Shown here: one piece after another, positions 14,157 to 16,188 of the stretch
Layout: each line of letters starts with the position of its first letter
How positions within the stretch are numbered: the stretch's first letter is position 1
Source of the DNA: a virus
Taxonomy: Duplodnaviria > Heunggongvirae > Uroviricota > Caudoviricetes
Direction: 5' to 3' (one strand)
Virus record (IMG/VR): IMGVR_UViG_3300021963_000032
DNA: 16,188 nt
Notes under the pieces: model-generated
The model's database searches: none
Seen by the model: only the letters and a program-made list of their open reading frames with translations
Told to the model about the DNA's origin: nothing
Made by a program: the position numbers and the translations under genes

Positions 14157-14187
14157 TAGCATTTTTAGATAAAAAAGGTTATATTAA
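14157..14187 (+). promoter_or_regulatory. Putative promoter for the glycosyltransferase genes
   Basis: TAG (14157-14159), a 20-nt spacer and TATATTAA (14180-14187), located intergenically. Confidence 0.5.
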
Positions 14188-14206
14188 ATAAAAACAACAG
14201 TTATAT

Positions 14207-15691
14207 ATGAAGAAAGGTTATATCCCAAAGGATCAAAGAAAGACAATTCTATTTTTAGCAGATGATCTAAGACTTCCGTCTGGAATCGGTACAATGACAA
14301 GAGAGCTTGTTGTTGGTAATGCACACGCATATAATTTTGTGGAGATTGGAGCAGCAATGCAACACCCGGATGCAGGTCAGATACTAGACATTAGTGCTGA
14401 CGTAAATGTGGAGGCAGGGATTGACGATGCAAGTGTGATTATCTACCCATACAATGGTTACGGTGATGCGGATATTGTTCGTACATTAATCGATAAGCAT
14501 AAAGTAGATGCAATCGTGCACTTTACAGATCCTAGATATTGGATTTGGTTATACAGAATGTCTGCAGAAATTAGACAGAATATTCCTATATTCTACTACC
14601 ACATTTGGGACGACCTTCCAGCTCCACACTATAACAGACCATACTACGAGTCGTGCGACTTATTGATGGGAATCAGCAAGCAATCTGTTAACATTAGTAA
14701 GTTAGTGTTAGGAAAGGATAACTTCATTGATTTAGACTCAAACCCACCAGCTGAGATGGTCAGCAAGAATCTACCCAAAACTACATACGTACCTCACGGA
14801 GTCAACGCAAAGTATTTCTTCCCACTAGATAGAAATGATGAGCAAGTTCAAAAGATGCGTAATGAAATTTTCCAAGGAGCTAATCCAGACTATGTACTTT
14901 TGTACAATAATAGAAACATTCGTCGTAAGATGACCTCAGACGTTATCCTAGCTTTCAAGATGTTCCACCAGGATTTAGTTGAAAAGGGATATAAGGATGA
15001 TGTTCGTTTGGTATTAAAGACACAACCAGTAGATGAGAATGGTACAGACCTTTACGCTGTTATTGATGCAATCTGTCCGGAAATAGCTGACAAGATAATA
15101 TTCCATACTGCTAGATTGACTCCATATGAGATGGGTATACTATACAACTGTTGCGATACGGTAATCAACATTGCTTCCAACGAAGGTTGGGGATTAAGTA
15201 GTACTGAAGCGTTAATGACTGGACGTACGTTGATTAATAACGTGACTGGTGGTCTTCAAGATCAATGTCGCTTTGAGGATGAGGATGGTAACTGGATTGA
15301 GTTTAATGAAGACTTCGCTAGTAACCATGGAGGTAAATACACTAAGTGTGGTATTTGGGTGAAACCAGTATTCCCTGCAGCTATTAACTTGCAAGGTTCA
15401 ATTCCAACTCCTTACATCTTCGACGACCGATGTGATGTACGTGACGTACAAAAAGCAATTACATATTGGTTTGAGATGTCACAAGCAGATCGTGAGAAAT
15501 GTGGAGTGGCTGGGTACCAATGGGCAACCGGACCAGAAGCAAACATGACTGCAGAAAATATGTGTATGCGTTTTAGACAAGCAGTCGATACTACTATGGA
15601 AAGTTGGGTAGCACCAAGTAGATTCACATTGTACGATTCACAAGTACAGCTACAAAAATTCAATAATAAAAAATCAGGTATTTCTATCTAA
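14207..15691 (+). CDS. GT-B (GT4-like) glycosyltransferase
   Basis: ILFLADDLRLPSGIG, YVPHGVN, NRNIRRK and the GT4 acceptor motif ASNEGWGLSSTEALMTG (EGFG...E). Confidence 0.9.
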   Translation: MKKGYIPKDQRKTILFLADDLRLPSGIGTMTRELVVGNAHAYNFVEIGAAMQHPDAGQILDISADVNVEAGIDDASVIIYPYNGYGDADIVRTLIDKHKVDAIVHFTDPRYWIWLYRMSAEIRQNIPIFYYHIWDDLPAPHYNRPYYESCDLLMGISKQSVNISKLVLGKDNFIDLDSNPPAEMVSKNLPKTTYVPHGVNAKYFFPLDRNDEQVQKMRNEIFQGANPDYVLLYNNRNIRRKMTSDVILAFKMFHQDLVEKGYKDDVRLVLKTQPVDENGTDLYAVIDAICPEIADKIIFHTARLTPYEMGILYNCCDTVINIASNEGWGLSSTEALMTGRTLINNVTGGLQDQCRFEDEDGNWIEFNEDFASNHGGKYTKCGIWVKPVFPAAINLQGSIPTPYIFDDRCDVRDVQKAITYWFEMSQADREKCGVAGYQWATGPEANMTAENMCMRFRQAVDTTMESWVAPSRFTLYDSQVQLQKFNNKKSGISI

Positions 15692-15701
15692 CAAGTTACA
15701 T

Positions 15702-16188
15702 ATGGCAAATAAACCAACAGTCCTTTTAATGGCACCAGTAGCAACACTAAGTGGCTATGGTGCAAGATCCCGAGACATAGCTTATAGCTTGATCAACTCA
15801 GGAAAGTATGATGTCAAGATCTGGAACACTAGATGGGGCACAACTCCAATGAATGCATTAGATTCTGACAACGAGAAGCATAAGATGATTCTTGACTGTA
15901 TGTTGACTAATCCTAATCTACCAGCGCAGCCAGACATCTTCATTCAGATTACAGTACCAAATGAATTTCAAAGAATTGGTAAATACAATATAGGAATCAC
16001 TGCAGGGATAGAAACAACAATCGCAGCAGGTCCTTGGATCGAGGGATGCAATCGCATGGACTTGATTCTAACATCTTCTGAGCACTCTAAGAAAGTATTT
16101 AATGAGTCGGTGTGGGAGAAAAGAGATCAACAGACAAACCAAGTAATTGGCCAATTGAAGCTTGAAAAGCCAATCGAAGTCTTATTTG
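15702..16188 (+). CDS. 3'-truncated second GT-B glycosyltransferase
   Basis: ATG at 15702 opens a frame running off the window: MANKPTVLLMAPVATLSGYGARSRDIAYSL...RWGTTP...PDIFIQITVPNEFQRIGKYNIGITAGIET. The SGYG N-terminal motif is typical of phage GT4-like proteins. Confidence 0.8.
   Translation, partial: MANKPTVLLMAPVATLSGYGARSRDIAYSLINSGKYDVKIWNTRWGTTPMNALDSDNEKHKMILDCMLTNPNLPAQPDIFIQITVPNEFQRIGKYNIGITAGIETTIAAGPWIEGCNRMDLILTSSEHSKKVFNESVWEKRDQQTNQVIGQLKLEKPIEVLF

Noticed and set aside
9851-15663. Remaining short ORFs over groEL, the nuclease, the peptidase and the glycosyltransferase (9851-10036, 10469-10660, 10907-11101, 12091-12309, 12364-12660, 12722-12904, 12983-13192, 15212-15394, 15412-15663)
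   Set aside because: They are shadow ORFs inside strongly supported genes.
1-16188. Stop-codon reassignment, tRNA or rRNA genes, mobile elements
   Set aside because: Conserved proteins translate full-length in the standard code with TAA, TAG and TGA all used as stops. Intergenic gaps are too short for RNA genes, and no transposase or integrase motifs were seen.

Overview
This window looks like 16.2 kb of a large dsDNA phage genome, with all credible genes densely packed on the + strand. No capsid or terminase gene is present, so phage origin is inferred from gene content. A Bacteroidota-like host is inferred from the promoter pattern and the general lack of Shine-Dalgarno sites. (1) 468-4408 holds a 7-deazaguanine (queuosine-precursor) cluster: QueE, a 55-aa unannotated ORF, a trimeric dUTPase/Dcd-fold protein, a QueD-like T-fold protein with an LxxxHRHxF motif (DpdL-like), a P-loop nucleotide monophosphate kinase-like protein, FolE, an unknown ORF and a compact TGT-fold (DpdA-like) protein, closed by a terminator. 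No QueC, QueF or canonical QueD is seen in the window. (2) 4461-6719 is a block of small unknown ORFs behind two near-identical promoter cassettes. (3) A family A DNA polymerase follows, with an intact 3'-5' exonuclease, a Leu at the Pol I 762 position and a thumb insertion. (4) Next come Hsp20, GroES and GroEL. (5) The window ends with a Zn-ribbon protein, a Cas4-like PD-(D/E)XK nuclease, an M15 peptidase, a SLOG protein, an HExxH protein and two GT-B glycosyltransferases. The lead hypothesis is a guanine-replacement system (CDG or 7-deazaguanine). The embedded kinase and dNTPase-fold genes and the nearby divergent polymerase raise the possibility of a nucleotide-pool route analogous to Z-genome phages. 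All family calls come from motif recognition, not from database searches.
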